Below are positions 37,679 to 48,253 of a DNA stretch of 64,000 nucleotides, in pieces; the first letter of the stretch is position 1, and the number at the start of each line of letters is the position of its first letter. The notes under the pieces were generated by a model, which was given only the letters and a program-made list of their open reading frames with translations, did no database searches and had not been told where the DNA came from. Position numbers and translations under genes: made by a program. Location: the NCBI GenBank assembly GCA_003142855.1, contig PLNW01000086.1:5273-69272 (forward strand), in the 5' to 3' direction. The DNA comes from Myxococcales bacterium. GTDB taxonomy: Bacteria; Myxococcota_A; Polyangia; Fen-1088.

Positions 37679-38938
37679 CTATTGTGGCAAGGGCAGCACG
37701 AAGTCCTCGGCATCGTCCTGCTCGATGGACTGGTTGAGATAGGGCGAGTAGGTGTGCACGCGCAGAACCTGGTTGGCCTTGTCGAACTCCAGCAGACGCA
37801 GGTACCCGTTGCCTCCCTTGATCTGGGGCATCTGGGGACAGGACAGGTCGGCACAGGTTTGGTAGTTCGCCAGAATCTGGTGCACCATCGAGCCGCTGGG
37901 GCGGACGCTGGTTAGCCTGGCCACCGCTGGATCGCCCAGACAATGTCCCGACAGCACCAGCCTGACGTTTTCGTTGGTCACGATCAGATTCTGCCAGAGC
38001 TGCTCGCCGTCGTTCACCCCGGCCAGAGGCGTGTAGTTGTATCCGTGGGGGTCGAAAGATTGTGGCTGTGTCTTGTTGTAGTCGTAGCGAGTGCCGTCGT
38101 TGTACAGATAGGCATGGGTGACCAAAATGGCGGGCTTTTCGGCGTTGTTCCTCAGCACCTGGTTGGCCCAGCTCACCACCGCATTGCGCGGACCGAATTC
38201 CAACGCGAGCAATAGCCAGGGTGTGTCGCCAATGAAGACGACGGCGAAGCTGTTCTCGGTCTTGTTAGGCTCGAAGGTGCCGCCGAACCAGGGAAATTGG
38301 TTCGAGCGCGAGGCAGGAAAGAACTGGTCCATCAACCCCTGCCGATCACTGCTCTCGTCGTGATTGCCCGCCGGAACCAAATAGGGAATCACGCCGTCGA
38401 GCGCAGCGAAAGAATCCGAGGCGACCTGCCACTGGTCCGAGCTGGTGGTGTTATCGACCACGTCTCCCTCGTGCAGCACCGCGACCAGATTGGCCGAGTT
38501 GCGATGGTCGGCGATCCATTTGGTCTGGGCAGCAAATATCTCGGGATAGGCCGCCGCATAGAACTGCGTATCCGGAAGGACAACCACGGTGGGGTTGGGC
38601 GGTGCAGTCTCGGCCAGGCCGGAGTCAGCTGCCCCGTCGGACGAATTTTTCGCATCGGTCCCACTGGCATCCGGCAGAGTGGGAACCTCGGCCGAAACAA
38701 GGTCCGCGCCAGCGTCGGGTCGGGTAGCGTCGCTCTGGGCGACAGCATCATAAAGGCTTTTGGCATCGGTGGGCGACGTCGGTGCGCAATTGCTTGCGGC
38801 GCCACCGAGCGAAGTGTGGTTGTCGCAGCATCGCTCCTCGGGCCTGCATGTGCCCGTGCGCTGGAGTCCGTCGAGATCCATGCAGGCGCTGGCCAGCGGT
38901 GCGAGGATGATCCAGGCGAGAACCCGACGCTTGCACAT
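37679..38938 (-). CDS. Calcineurin-like metallophosphoesterase lipoprotein
   Basis: Start re-called to ATG 38938 (MCKRRVLAWIILAPLASAC). Motifs VVVLPDTQ, HEGDVVD, AGNHD and VTHAY are present. Confidence 0.75.
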   Translation of the reverse strand: MCKRRVLAWIILAPLASACMDLDGLQRTGTCRPEERCCDNHTSLGGAASNCAPTSPTDAKSLYDAVAQSDATRPDAGADLVSAEVPTLPDASGTDAKNSSDGAADSGLAETAPPNPTVVVLPDTQFYAAAYPEIFAAQTKWIADHRNSANLVAVLHEGDVVDNTTSSDQWQVASDSFAALDGVIPYLVPAGNHDESSDRQGLMDQFFPASRSNQFPWFGGTFEPNKTENSFAVVFIGDTPWLLLALEFGPRNAVVSWANQVLRNNAEKPAILVTHAYLYNDGTRYDYNKTQPQSFDPHGYNYTPLAGVNDGEQLWQNLIVTNENVRLVLSGHCLGDPAVARLTSVRPSGSMVHQILANYQTCADLSCPQMPQIKGGNGYLRLLEFDKANQVLRVHTYSPYLNQSIEQDDAEDFVLPLPQ

Positions 38939-39206
38939 GAGGCCTTTTCGGACGTGGTCTACCACTCGTGGGCGCAAGAATGTGCTTTTCTTCAGCAGGA
39001 ACGCAACCCTGTTCCTTCTTGCGGCATCCCAAAGGCAGGTGGCCAAGAATGCGAATGCAGCCGATTGGAGACCGACGAGGGCTTACGACGCATCGCCTAC
39101 GCTTATGTGAACCTTTCGCCTTCGCTGTTCCACTGCCAAATACGGAAACCAAGGAGTCAGCATGGCTTTAGCAAGAACGCGCAACAACTGCACCGCGGAG
39201 GTAATT

Positions 39207-41801
39207 ATGAAAATCGGAACAGGGAATGTGACACAAGCTCTGGTGCGAGGTGGGCTGGCTCTGCTTCTCGTGGGCACCATCAACCTCCTCCAAGGCTGCA
39301 GTTCGTCCGGTGGAGGTTCGAGCTCAAGTGCCGGCGCGTCAGGTTCAGGCGGCACGGGCGGGACAAATAACGGTGGCTCAACTGCTGCGACCGGCGGTAG
39401 CTCGAACGGAGGCGGCTCGACCGCTGCTGGCGGCAGCGAACTGGTCGGCGGTTCTGCGACCGCAGCCGGCGCTACTGCGAGCGGCGGTTCGGTCGTGGCA
39501 GGTGGCGTGACCAGCAGTGGCGGTGCTGCTCCGAGCGGCGGTTCGGTCGTGACAGGTGGCGCGACCAGCAGTGGCGGTGCTGCTCCGAGCGGCGGTTCGG
39601 TCGTGACAGGTGGCGCGACCAGCAGTGGCGGCGCAACTGGGAGTGGAGGCTCGGTCGTGACAGGTGGAATGACTAGCAGTGGTGGCGCCACTGGGAGCGG
39701 CGGCGTAGTCACATCAGGTGGCGCGACCGCGTCCGGCGGCGCGACCATATCCGGCGGCGTGACCACATCCGGCGGCGCGACCGCATCTGGCGGCGTAACC
39801 ACATCCGGCGGCGCGACCGCATCTGGCGGCAGCTCCGGCGCCGCCGGGAGCCCAGGCGGCTGTATGCCGGCCAGCACCGCTCCCTGCTCTCTCGTCGCCC
39901 AAGGTACGGATTACCCCGGGATGTACCTGACGGCCTGCCCGCCCAAGACCGCGCACGTTGCGGGGGCGATCACGCCGGGCGGAGCCGCTGTCACGGCGAC
40001 CAAGGGCACCGGCAGCTACACATTGGACAACGGAATCGAACACATCGTCATCACCTGTGCGTCCGGGACCATCAAGACCTGGACGTATAACGGAACGGAC
40101 CTACTCGCGGGAGGAGACTCCGGCGGGCAAGTCTACTGGGAGCTTGAAGCAGGCAACGGCACGTGCACTCTGACCTCCGATCCCGCGACCAACGGCGGAA
40201 AACAAGCGGAGATCCGTATTCACACGACGGGCAGCACCAACAACCTGGATGTGGACATCGACTACGCGCTTCTTCAGGGAAGCTCTGGTTTCTACGCCGC
40301 CGCCGTTCTCACGCACCCTGCTAGCTACGGCGCTGTCAACGGCGGCGAGTGGCGCTCCAACGTCTATAACGGGTCCATCTTCGATTGGAACAGCCTGGAT
40401 GCCCTGCGTGACGGAGGCAACAGCGTCGGCGGTCCCACAGGTTGGCTCGACACCAGCGAGGCCGACTGGGCAAACGGCAGCGCCGTCACCGGCGCACCCA
40501 AGGAAGTGGAGCAAGCGCCCAACGGAGGAGTCTACGTTTGCAAGTACAGCTGGACGGCCGACTGGGGCGACACGGATGCCTGGGGATGGAGCTCGACCAC
40601 GAAGAACGTCGGAATGTATCTCGCCCTTGGCAGCAAGGAATACTACAACGGTGGACCCAAGCATCGGGAGCTCATGGGCAGCATGCTGAACGGTCCGGAC
40701 CTGCTGAACATGCTCGGGGGCAGCCACTACGAGGGCGACGAGAACGCCGAGACGATCGCGTCGGGAACGGAGCTGAGCAAGGTCTACGGTCCGTTCTTCT
40801 ACTACAACAACAGTGTTCCGGCGGGGACTGCCAATGCCGGCACCGTTATGTTCGCGGACGCCATTGCCCAGGCCCAGGCCGAGCAGGCCGCATGGCCCTA
40901 CTCGTGGTTCGTGAATCCCACCGGGGGCGACGGGAACTACGTGCCGGAGAGCGGACGTGGCACGGTGACCGGCACGCTGACCATCGCCGACACGGGTGCG
41001 CCCAACGCGTCGGCCGGGGACATGTGGATCGGCTTGGCTCCCGACGATGGTATAGATCCGCAAGCCCAGTACTTCACCTACGAGTACTGGGTCAAGACCG
41101 GCTGTGATGGGTCCTTTACCATACCCCACGTCGTTCCTGGCACGTACGCCCTTTGGGCGTTCGGGCGCGGTGCTGCGGGTACTTTCACCACGGCTACGGG
41201 AAAGATCCCCAACTCGACCATCTTGACCCCGTTCACGAAACCGACCGCCAGCATCACCGTCGCCGCCGGACAGAAGCAGGATCTCGGCAGCGTGACCATC
41301 ACGCCGCCGCGCACGGCGGCGACCGTGTGGGAGATCGGCGTCCCCGATCGCGACTCGCATGAGTTTCTCAATGGCGCCATCAACTACACCAATTGGGCGA
41401 CATCCTACGAGACCTATGCGACCAACTTCGGCAAGGGTGTGACGTACACGGTGGGCACGGACGACTACTCCAAGGTGTGGAACTACTCGGATATGGACAC
41501 CTCGCCCTGGACGGTGAACTTCACCATGGCCGCCGCCCCGACCGGCCAGGCGCGGTTGTACGTGGCCCTGGCTGCGAATGAAGGAGGCAGCCTGACGGTG
41601 ACCGTAAACGGCACGGCGGCCGGGACCCTGTCGCCGCAGAATACCAGCGATGCGGTCAACCGGCTTGGCAGTCACGGGTATTTCTGGGACGGGCAGATCG
41701 TGTTTGCCGCCACTGCCCTCAAGGCCGGCGCGAACACGCTCGTTATCAAGAGCTCCGGCGGCGCCCTGGAATGGGACTATCTGCGCCTGGAGGCTAACTG
41801 A
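39207..41801 (+). CDS. Second lipoprotein-tethered rhamnogalacturonan lyase (PL4-like paralogue)
   Basis: Lipobox LLQGC and a ~220-aa G/S/T/A repeat tether. The same PL4 motifs recur (SYTLDNG, GGSHYEGD, YGPFFYY, WPYSW, TVWEIGVPDR..EF, EWDYLRLE). Confidence 0.8.
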   Translation: MKIGTGNVTQALVRGGLALLLVGTINLLQGCSSSGGGSSSSAGASGSGGTGGTNNGGSTAATGGSSNGGGSTAAGGSELVGGSATAAGATASGGSVVAGGVTSSGGAAPSGGSVVTGGATSSGGAAPSGGSVVTGGATSSGGATGSGGSVVTGGMTSSGGATGSGGVVTSGGATASGGATISGGVTTSGGATASGGVTTSGGATASGGSSGAAGSPGGCMPASTAPCSLVAQGTDYPGMYLTACPPKTAHVAGAITPGGAAVTATKGTGSYTLDNGIEHIVITCASGTIKTWTYNGTDLLAGGDSGGQVYWELEAGNGTCTLTSDPATNGGKQAEIRIHTTGSTNNLDVDIDYALLQGSSGFYAAAVLTHPASYGAVNGGEWRSNVYNGSIFDWNSLDALRDGGNSVGGPTGWLDTSEADWANGSAVTGAPKEVEQAPNGGVYVCKYSWTADWGDTDAWGWSSTTKNVGMYLALGSKEYYNGGPKHRELMGSMLNGPDLLNMLGGSHYEGDENAETIASGTELSKVYGPFFYYNNSVPAGTANAGTVMFADAIAQAQAEQAAWPYSWFVNPTGGDGNYVPESGRGTVTGTLTIADTGAPNASAGDMWIGLAPDDGIDPQAQYFTYEYWVKTGCDGSFTIPHVVPGTYALWAFGRGAAGTFTTATGKIPNSTILTPFTKPTASITVAAGQKQDLGSVTITPPRTAATVWEIGVPDRDSHEFLNGAINYTNWATSYETYATNFGKGVTYTVGTDDYSKVWNYSDMDTSPWTVNFTMAAAPTGQARLYVALAANEGGSLTVTVNGTAAGTLSPQNTSDAVNRLGSHGYFWDGQIVFAATALKAGANTLVIKSSGGALEWDYLRLEAN
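39482..39830. repeat. In-frame tandem repeats (54-bp units, then 18-bp units) encoding the G/S/T tether
   Basis: GGSVVTGGATSSGGAAPS repeated about 4 times, then GGATAS/GGVTTS hexapeptides. The DNA units are near-identical. Confidence 0.85.
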
Positions 41802-41905
41802 CGGCGCCGTGGGAGGGGGAGAAGGTGAGCCCCTAGCATTCTGTGGGGTCGCCTCCAACAATCGCACCCGGCTGGACTTTCGACCTGTGCCTCCCATGTT
41901 AGGGC

Positions 41906-43357
41906 GTGCTAGACGCAGGGGCCGTGCTTGTCCGCGGAAGCATCCCCCTCTCTTCCAGCGTCGCGCTTGCCATCGTCGCAGGTGCCACGCTCTTCGTCTC
42001 GCCAGCCCAGGCACAGCCAGCGGCCGCAGAAGTCAGCCCGGTGGCACCCCCGGCGGTCGAGGTCGATGAACGTCCGGCGTGGCTGGCTCGGGCGCTGAGA
42101 CCCGACGACTGGAGCGCGAATTTCCAGACAACCTACGTCTGGCAGATGCACCCGGGCTTTTCTGCTCATGCCCCGGGTCTTCTTCCGCCCGACGGATCGC
42201 ACAGCCTCGGCTCGCAGCACGAGACGGGCTACACGCTGACCGCCACGCTGTATCTGGGACACCGGCTCTGGCGAGGGGCTGAGTTGTTTTTCAACCCGGA
42301 GGTGCTTCAAAGCACGACCATGTCCGATCTGCACGGCCTTGGTGGTCTAAGCAACGCCGAGAACCAGAAGGCGGCAGATCCGACGGCGCGACTCTACAGC
42401 GCGCGGGCATTCTTTCGCCAGACCATTCGGCTGGGCGGAAACGAGGCGCCGGTCGAGGCAGGCGCGAATCAGTTCAGCGGGCAGGTGTCTTCACGTCGTT
42501 TGGTCGTGACCGTCGGGCAGATGGCAGTCATCGACATATTTGACAGCAGTGCCCTCGCGCACGACGGACGCACCCAGTTTTTCAACTGGGCACTCATGGC
42601 GGGCGGCGCTTCGGACTACGCCGCCGACGCGCGCGGCTACACCGTGGGCTTCGCCGTTGAATACTATCGTGACGACTGGGTCTTCCGCTTCGGTCACTTT
42701 GCCCAGCCCAAGGAATCGAATGGACTCGCGCTCGACTACCGGCTGTGGGCCCACTTCGGCGAGAATCTTGAGGTCGAACATCGCCACGCCCTTTGGGGGC
42801 GCAAGGGGAGCGTGCGCGTGACGCCTTTTCTCAACTACGCGAAGATGGGGGGATTCAGCGACGCGGTCGCCGAGGCCGCTGCAAATGGCGGCACTCCCGA
42901 CGTGGCCAAGGTGCGCCGCGATCGAGCGAAGCTTGGCTTTGGAATCGGCTTGGAGCAGAATCTCACCCGCGACTTGGGCCTGTTCGGCCGCTATAGCTGG
43001 AACGACGGTCGCACCGAAACCTACGCCTTTGCCGAAATCGACCGATCGTTGACCGCGGGCCTGGCCATGGGTGGGCGGCTCTGGTTTCGCCCGCGCGACA
43101 CGGTGGCGGTTGCGTTCGTGCAGGACAGCCTCTCGGATTCGCACCGGACCTACCTGGCGGCGGGTGGCCTGGGAAACTTCTTGGGCGACGGCTGGCTGAA
43201 CTACCGGCCCGAGCGCGTGTTCGAGGCGTACTACTCGTTCCAAGCCTTTTCCGGCCTGTGGATCACGCTTGACGGCCAGTACGTCATGAATCCTGGATAC
43301 AACGCCGACCGTGGGCCGGTGACATTCCTGGGCTGTCGGCTCCACTTCGAGTACTGA
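41906..43357 (+). CDS. Carbohydrate-selective porin (OprB-like)
   Basis: Signal peptide ending SPAQAQ. NFQTTYVWQ, LWRGAELFFNPE, GLGGLSNAE and a C-terminal ..HFEY resemble the OprB family as I recall it. Confidence 0.6.
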   Translation: MLDAGAVLVRGSIPLSSSVALAIVAGATLFVSPAQAQPAAAEVSPVAPPAVEVDERPAWLARALRPDDWSANFQTTYVWQMHPGFSAHAPGLLPPDGSHSLGSQHETGYTLTATLYLGHRLWRGAELFFNPEVLQSTTMSDLHGLGGLSNAENQKAADPTARLYSARAFFRQTIRLGGNEAPVEAGANQFSGQVSSRRLVVTVGQMAVIDIFDSSALAHDGRTQFFNWALMAGGASDYAADARGYTVGFAVEYYRDDWVFRFGHFAQPKESNGLALDYRLWAHFGENLEVEHRHALWGRKGSVRVTPFLNYAKMGGFSDAVAEAAANGGTPDVAKVRRDRAKLGFGIGLEQNLTRDLGLFGRYSWNDGRTETYAFAEIDRSLTAGLAMGGRLWFRPRDTVAVAFVQDSLSDSHRTYLAAGGLGNFLGDGWLNYRPERVFEAYYSFQAFSGLWITLDGQYVMNPGYNADRGPVTFLGCRLHFEY

Positions 43358-43407
43358 GAAAGTGCAGAAAGTGGCGCGGTTGTGCGGCCGGTGCTAACTA
43401 GATCGAA

Positions 43408-43776
43408 GTGTTTCGTTTGCTGAGACTCGCCTTGGTCATGGGCCTCCTTGGCGCGGGGGTGTACTACGGCATGACCGTGAAACTGGGTGAGCGAACCTTT
43501 TTTGAGCATGTCCGCGCCATCTGGGACACCAAGGAAACCCAGGAGCTTCGGCGCGGGACCACGCAGAAGGTGGGCGGTCTGGTCGATGAAGCGACCGACA
43601 AGGTGGTCAAGGGCGTGTCCAAGAACGCCCCGGGCAAGGTGCTCATGCGCGGAGACGGCATGGGAGCCGACCCAGAAACGATCCCGGCCGAACCCCCGCA
43701 GGAAAAACTCTCGCCTCAGGATCGCAAGGCGTTGCGCAACATCATCGGGCAGGGTCGCATCAAGCCGAGCGAGTGA
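43408..43776 (+). CDS. Hypothetical N-terminally anchored protein
   Basis: 122-aa ORF with the TM helix LALVMGLLGAGVYYG. No recognisable family. Confidence 0.4.
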   Translation: MFRLLRLALVMGLLGAGVYYGMTVKLGERTFFEHVRAIWDTKETQELRRGTTQKVGGLVDEATDKVVKGVSKNAPGKVLMRGDGMGADPETIPAEPPQEKLSPQDRKALRNIIGQGRIKPSE

Positions 43777-43810
43777 GGCGGCCGTCGCTTGTAGTTGCTA
43801 GGCTGCTACT

Positions 43811-44161
43811 ATGGAAGAGAAGCAGTATCGACAATTGGTTGATGAGGCCTTTCGGCGCATCGATGCCGCGTTCGAGAACGTCGACCCCGACCTGGCAGAA
43901 TCTACGTTTTCGCAGGGCGCGCTGACCATCGTGTTTCGCGAGACGCAACAGCTAATCCTTTCGCCCCAGGCGCCCACGCTCCAGATTTGGGTCGCCTTTC
44001 GCGATCGCGCCTGGCACTTTGGCTTGCGGCCCGAGGGTGACGGCTGGGTCGACGACCGAGGTCAGGGGATCGACTTGTTTGGCCTGATCGCGGATCTGGC
44101 TCGCACCGCCGCGGGCGTGACGGTAACGATCTCACGGCCGCAACCAAAGGGCGTGAGGTGA
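43811..44161 (+). CDS. cyaY: Frataxin-like iron donor CyaY
   Basis: YRQLVDEAFRRID..DPDL...GALTIVF....LILSPQAPTLQIWVA matches the CyaY pattern. Confidence 0.8.
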   Translation: MEEKQYRQLVDEAFRRIDAAFENVDPDLAESTFSQGALTIVFRETQQLILSPQAPTLQIWVAFRDRAWHFGLRPEGDGWVDDRGQGIDLFGLIADLARTAAGVTVTISRPQPKGVR

Positions 44162-44249
44162 TTCACCTCGACGGCTACCCGCCGCCGAGAACGCAGAGGG
44201 GAGAGGGGAGGCCGCAGAGTCGGAGAAACCGGAATGATGTTCGGGCGGC

Positions 44250-45314
44250 CTATTTGATGAGCTTCCAGACCGGCTGGAACTCCGTTGCCTTGAGCGTCGG
44301 ATCCTCCACCGAGAGAATGTAGTCCACCCGACGGTTGCGTGGCTCGTCGGTGTTGTCGGGCGTGGCCACGGCCAGCGCGAATTCGCCGAAGCCCTCGTAG
44401 GCGATGGGGATGCGCAGGCCGTTCTTGCGAAACCAGCCGGCAATGGACTGGGCGCGCTTGCGCGACAGCCCCAGGTTGTACGGGGCAGCCCCGACGGTGT
44501 CAGTGTGACCTGCGATGTACAGCTTGATGGGGCCGAGATTCTTATGCTTGGCCAACGCGTCGGCGATCTGGTTCAGGCTGGCCTGCAATTTGGGCGTTTC
44601 CGCAGGGGCGATGCTGGCCGAATCCGTGGCGAAGTTGACCTCTTCGTGCGGGATGTAGACCGACCAGGGGAAGAGCGCGAAGCTCTTGTACGCACCGCCG
44701 GCATCCGAGACCTTGAGGTCGATTCGCCCCACCTCGGTGCCCTTGGGCAAGGGTTTCCAGGTCAGCCAAAAAGGAACCACAGGGTCGCGATCGGCGAATT
44801 CCTGCTCGTGCTCGAGCAACAGAGCGCCGCCCGACGCACCGAGGATGCGCAGTTCCACCTTGCCGTCGGGGCTGTTGATCTGGATGGGCATGCGGCCCGC
44901 AGCCAGGTCCACCTTGGTCTTGTCGACAATCACCGTCAACTCCCCGCCCACCAGCGTGTCGAAGTAGACCTCGCTGTCTTGGGGCGCGCCCTCGACCACG
45001 CAGGTGACGCGGCCACTGTAGTGGTGCTTGCCGGGTTTCCCGTCGAGAAACATCTCGCGCATTTCGCCCATGTTGATAGCGCCCAGGTCTTGGCTCACGT
45101 TCTTGCCGTCATCGCGGTTCAACATGACCTCGACGCGCTGGAGGTTCTGCAAGGCCGTGATCTCCAGCTTGGGCTTCTGGCCCACCCCGACCTTGGTGAC
45201 CATGCGGACCTGAATGGCGTCGGCCCTTGCGACAAGGGGAACGCTGGCCAGCAGCAGGAAGAGTAAGGAATGGAGGAGGCGTTGGCTGGCAAAGGCAGAG
45301 CGCATGGCCAGCAT
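44250..45314 (-). CDS. OmpA-family (C-terminal peptidoglycan-binding) protein
   Basis: Signal peptide plus the C-terminal GHTDTVGAAPYNLGLSRKRAQSI..NRRVD motif. Start re-called to the internal ATG at 45314. Confidence 0.85.
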   Translation of the reverse strand: MLAMRSAFASQRLLHSLLFLLLASVPLVARADAIQVRMVTKVGVGQKPKLEITALQNLQRVEVMLNRDDGKNVSQDLGAINMGEMREMFLDGKPGKHHYSGRVTCVVEGAPQDSEVYFDTLVGGELTVIVDKTKVDLAAGRMPIQINSPDGKVELRILGASGGALLLEHEQEFADRDPVVPFWLTWKPLPKGTEVGRIDLKVSDAGGAYKSFALFPWSVYIPHEEVNFATDSASIAPAETPKLQASLNQIADALAKHKNLGPIKLYIAGHTDTVGAAPYNLGLSRKRAQSIAGWFRKNGLRIPIAYEGFGEFALAVATPDNTDEPRNRRVDYILSVEDPTLKATEFQPVWKLIK

Positions 45315-45451
45315 GCTACCGCGAAAACGCGCGCCATGGCCCAGCAAGAACGTGAGAAGTGCTTACCGCGTGCGCTCGGAGGGATCCTTGCCGCGGCGGC
45401 CGGCATCACAACACTGGAGTCAAAGAAGTGCGAACTACGCCGATACGGCTG

Positions 45452-46513
45452 ATGGGTCTGAGTCTGGTGCTGCTAGGCGCCGTCGGTGTCGTTTGGTTGA
45501 CGTCATCGCCCGGGGCAAACACCATGGCCAAAGCCGACGAAAGTGGAAAACCGAGGCGCAGCGAATTGCGCAAGCGTCTCTCGTCCCTGCAGTACTACGT
45601 GACCCAGGAGGACGGCACCGAGCCTGCGTTCCAAAACCAGTACTGGAACAATCACGGCGACGGCATCTACGTTGATGTCGTGTCGGGCGAGCCGCTTTTC
45701 TCGTCGCGCGACAAGTACGATTCAGGGACGGGCTGGCCCAGCTTCACGCGACCGCTTGAAGCGGCGAACGTGGTCAGCAAGACCGACGATTCGCTGGGCA
45801 TGGCGCGCGTGGAAGTTCACTCGCGCCAGGCGGACTCCCATCTGGGGCATGTCTTTGACGACGGGCCGCCGCCCACCGGCCAGCGCTACTGCATGAACTC
45901 GGCTGCCCTGCGCTTCATTCCCGCGGCTCAGCTGGAAGCCGAAGGTTACGGCAAGTACCTGCCTCTCTTTGGCCTCAAGTCGAGCCAGGTGGCTGCGACG
46001 GACAAGACGGGGCCAGCGGCGCAAGCCAAGACCGAAGTGGCCACCCTGGCGGGCGGCTGTTTCTGGGGCGTGCAGGAGTTGATTCGCAAGGTCCCCGGGG
46101 TCGTATCAAGCACGGTGGGGTACACCGGCGGAACCACCGTCAACCCGCGCTACGAAGACGTTCACACGGGACGGACCGGGCACGCCGAGGCGGTGCAGAT
46201 CGTCTTCGACCCGCGCCAGATCTCCTACGAGAGCATCCTGCGCACCTTCTTCCGATTGCACGATCCGACCACGCTCAATCGGCAAGGCAATGACATGGGC
46301 TCGCAGTATCGGTCGGCGATATTCTGGAACAGCGACGAGCAGCGACGGACAGCCGAGCGTGTGAAGGCCGAGGTCGATGCGTCCGGCAAGTGGGACAAGA
46401 AGGTGGTGACCGAGATTGTGAAGGCCAGGCCGTTCTACCCGGCCGAGGACTATCACCAGGACTACCTGCAGAAGAATCCCGGCGGCTACACCTGCCACTA
46501 CTTGCGCGACTGA
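45452..46513 (+). CDS. Bifunctional methionine sulfoxide reductase MsrB-MsrA with N-terminal anchor
   Basis: MsrB: [21 protein letters not shown]. MsrA: [19 protein letters not shown]. The start at the internal ATG 45452 is tentative. Confidence 0.9.
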   Translation: MGLSLVLLGAVGVVWLTSSPGANTMAKADESGKPRRSELRKRLSSLQYYVTQEDGTEPAFQNQYWNNHGDGIYVDVVSGEPLFSSRDKYDSGTGWPSFTRPLEAANVVSKTDDSLGMARVEVHSRQADSHLGHVFDDGPPPTGQRYCMNSAALRFIPAAQLEAEGYGKYLPLFGLKSSQVAATDKTGPAAQAKTEVATLAGGCFWGVQELIRKVPGVVSSTVGYTGGTTVNPRYEDVHTGRTGHAEAVQIVFDPRQISYESILRTFFRLHDPTTLNRQGNDMGSQYRSAIFWNSDEQRRTAERVKAEVDASGKWDKKVVTEIVKARPFYPAEDYHQDYLQKNPGGYTCHYLRD

Positions 46514-48168
46514 CGGGCCACGTAGTCATCCTGGTGAAGACCCGGGTACACGGCCTGCCAGTGCTTGGCGAAGAGGTCGGCCAGGATTGCGTAGCGTGGT
46601 CCGTCGTGGCGCAAGGCCACGCCATAGCTGAAGGCGTCGGGATAGAAGACGTAATGCTGCCACAGCTCGTCGCTGTCGAGGATGTCGCGCAACATTTGCG
46701 TGTGGTCAGGGTGGGGCATCCAGATCACGTCGGGCTGGCGGCGCCACAGTTCCGCGGCTGAGAAGCCGCTGCGGGCAAAGATTGGATCGTGCAGGCCGAG
46801 CACATCGATGATCACGGCGCGCGGGGCGTACGCGCCCACCAGGCCGTGCTCGGACATGGCGAAGGTCGTGCCCGGCGGGGACGCGGCTGCCAGTCTTGCG
46901 ATTTCATGCGAGGCTTGCCACGAGTCGAGGTCAGGCAGGGACGCGGCTGCGGGAATGCGATAGCCGTCGAGCGAGGCCAAGGCCTGGGTCTGGGCGCGGC
47001 TTTCATAGGCGCGCCCCGCGGCTTCGAGCGCCCGGGCGCCACCCACAAGCGCGAGCAACGCGCAAGCCAGGCGAAACAGAAGCGATCGCGCGACAAAGGG
47101 CGCGCTCCTGGGTGCCAGGGGCAGTCCTTGCACCCAGCGGTCAGCCACCAGAGTGCCCGCCACCACGAGAAGTGGCAGCGACGGGGAAAAGAAGCGCCCC
47201 AAGTGCCCCATGATCTGGTTGACGGAAAACAGGGCGGCGAATGTGACCATCGCAGGGATGAGCAAGACCAGCAGCAGGCGCACGCTTGCCCGTCGAGAAA
47301 AGAGCACCAAGGCCGCCAGAAAGGGCGAGACGGCTGCGAGTGCGACCTCGAGAAACAGGAACGGGTTCCAGGTGAACTCGCCGACGAACCCCCGGTAGTA
47401 CCAAGGCTGCTTTGCGTAGAAGGCGAGCGGCAGGGGCGTGCCCAGGAGGCGCCACTTTAGGATCAGGTCCACCAGTACAAGCCCGCTCAGCGCGCCGGCC
47501 CACACAAGCAGCGGGCGCAGGCGGGGCGCAGGCGCGAGCAGCCACAGGGCCAGCAAGGGGCAGAGGGCCGCAATGATCACGTTGTCCGGCCGCGCCTCGA
47601 TGGCGAGCAGGCCCGCGCCCGCCGCGGCCAGGGCTCGCGCCGACGACGGTTTTTCCGCCAAGCGCAGCGACGCGAACACGACAGTTGTATTGGCCAGGGC
47701 AGCCAGCATAGTGTCCATGCCGGTGTGAGCGTGGAAGAAGAATACCTCGCGGTAACAGAGCAGCGGGAGTAGCAGCGCGCCCCAGAGCAGATACTGGCCG
47801 CGCAAACGAACATCCCGACAAAAATGTCCGCACAGCGTGACCAAGGCCGCTAGCAGCGCAAGAGCAGCCCCACCGGACGCAATCTGCAAGACCGCCGCGT
47901 GGCGGCCGGGCAGCAGCCCGCTGATCACCGTGACCAGCAGAAAGTGGAGTAGGCTGGTGACGCCGTAGACCGGCGCCTCGCCCGGATTCCAGGCCAGCCA
48001 TTGGCCGGCCAAGGCGTTGTGGGCGTAGCGCAAATACATGTACGCGTCGTCGAAATCCGTGGGCCCGGCGCGCAGCAGCGCATGCAATCGTTCGACAACC
48101 ACGGCGACGACCGCCAGCGCAAAGAGCAGGCGCAAGAAATTCGGTGTTCGCGCGCGCGCAGGCAGCAC
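46498..48168 (-). CDS. Polytopic membrane protein, GT-C glycosyltransferase-like, with C-terminal soluble domain
   Basis: About 11 hydrophobic helices and [13 protein letters not shown] after TM1, resembling the GT-C first-loop acidic motif. The family is not confirmed. Confidence 0.5.
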   Translation of the reverse strand: MLPARARTPNFLRLLFALAVVAVVVERLHALLRAGPTDFDDAYMYLRYAHNALAGQWLAWNPGEAPVYGVTSLLHFLLVTVISGLLPGRHAAVLQIASGGAALALLAALVTLCGHFCRDVRLRGQYLLWGALLLPLLCYREVFFFHAHTGMDTMLAALANTTVVFASLRLAEKPSSARALAAAGAGLLAIEARPDNVIIAALCPLLALWLLAPAPRLRPLLVWAGALSGLVLVDLILKWRLLGTPLPLAFYAKQPWYYRGFVGEFTWNPFLFLEVALAAVSPFLAALVLFSRRASVRLLLVLLIPAMVTFAALFSVNQIMGHLGRFFSPSLPLLVVAGTLVADRWVQGLPLAPRSAPFVARSLLFRLACALLALVGGARALEAAGRAYESRAQTQALASLDGYRIPAAASLPDLDSWQASHEIARLAAASPPGTTFAMSEHGLVGAYAPRAVIIDVLGLHDPIFARSGFSAAELWRRQPDVIWMPHPDHTQMLRDILDSDELWQHYVFYPDAFSYGVALRHDGPRYAILADLFAKHWQAVYPGLHQDDYVARQSRK

Positions 48169-48253
48169 AGGCCCAGTCTATGACATGGGCATCGACTAGG
48201 GGCAGTCAGTTGTGGGATCATTCCCCGTATTAGAATTGGAGACGGAGAACACC

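Noticed and set aside
40101-42014. 637-aa minus-strand ORF.
   Set aside because: It is antisense to the second PL4 lyase and the porin start. It is Arg/Gly-rich with no motifs.
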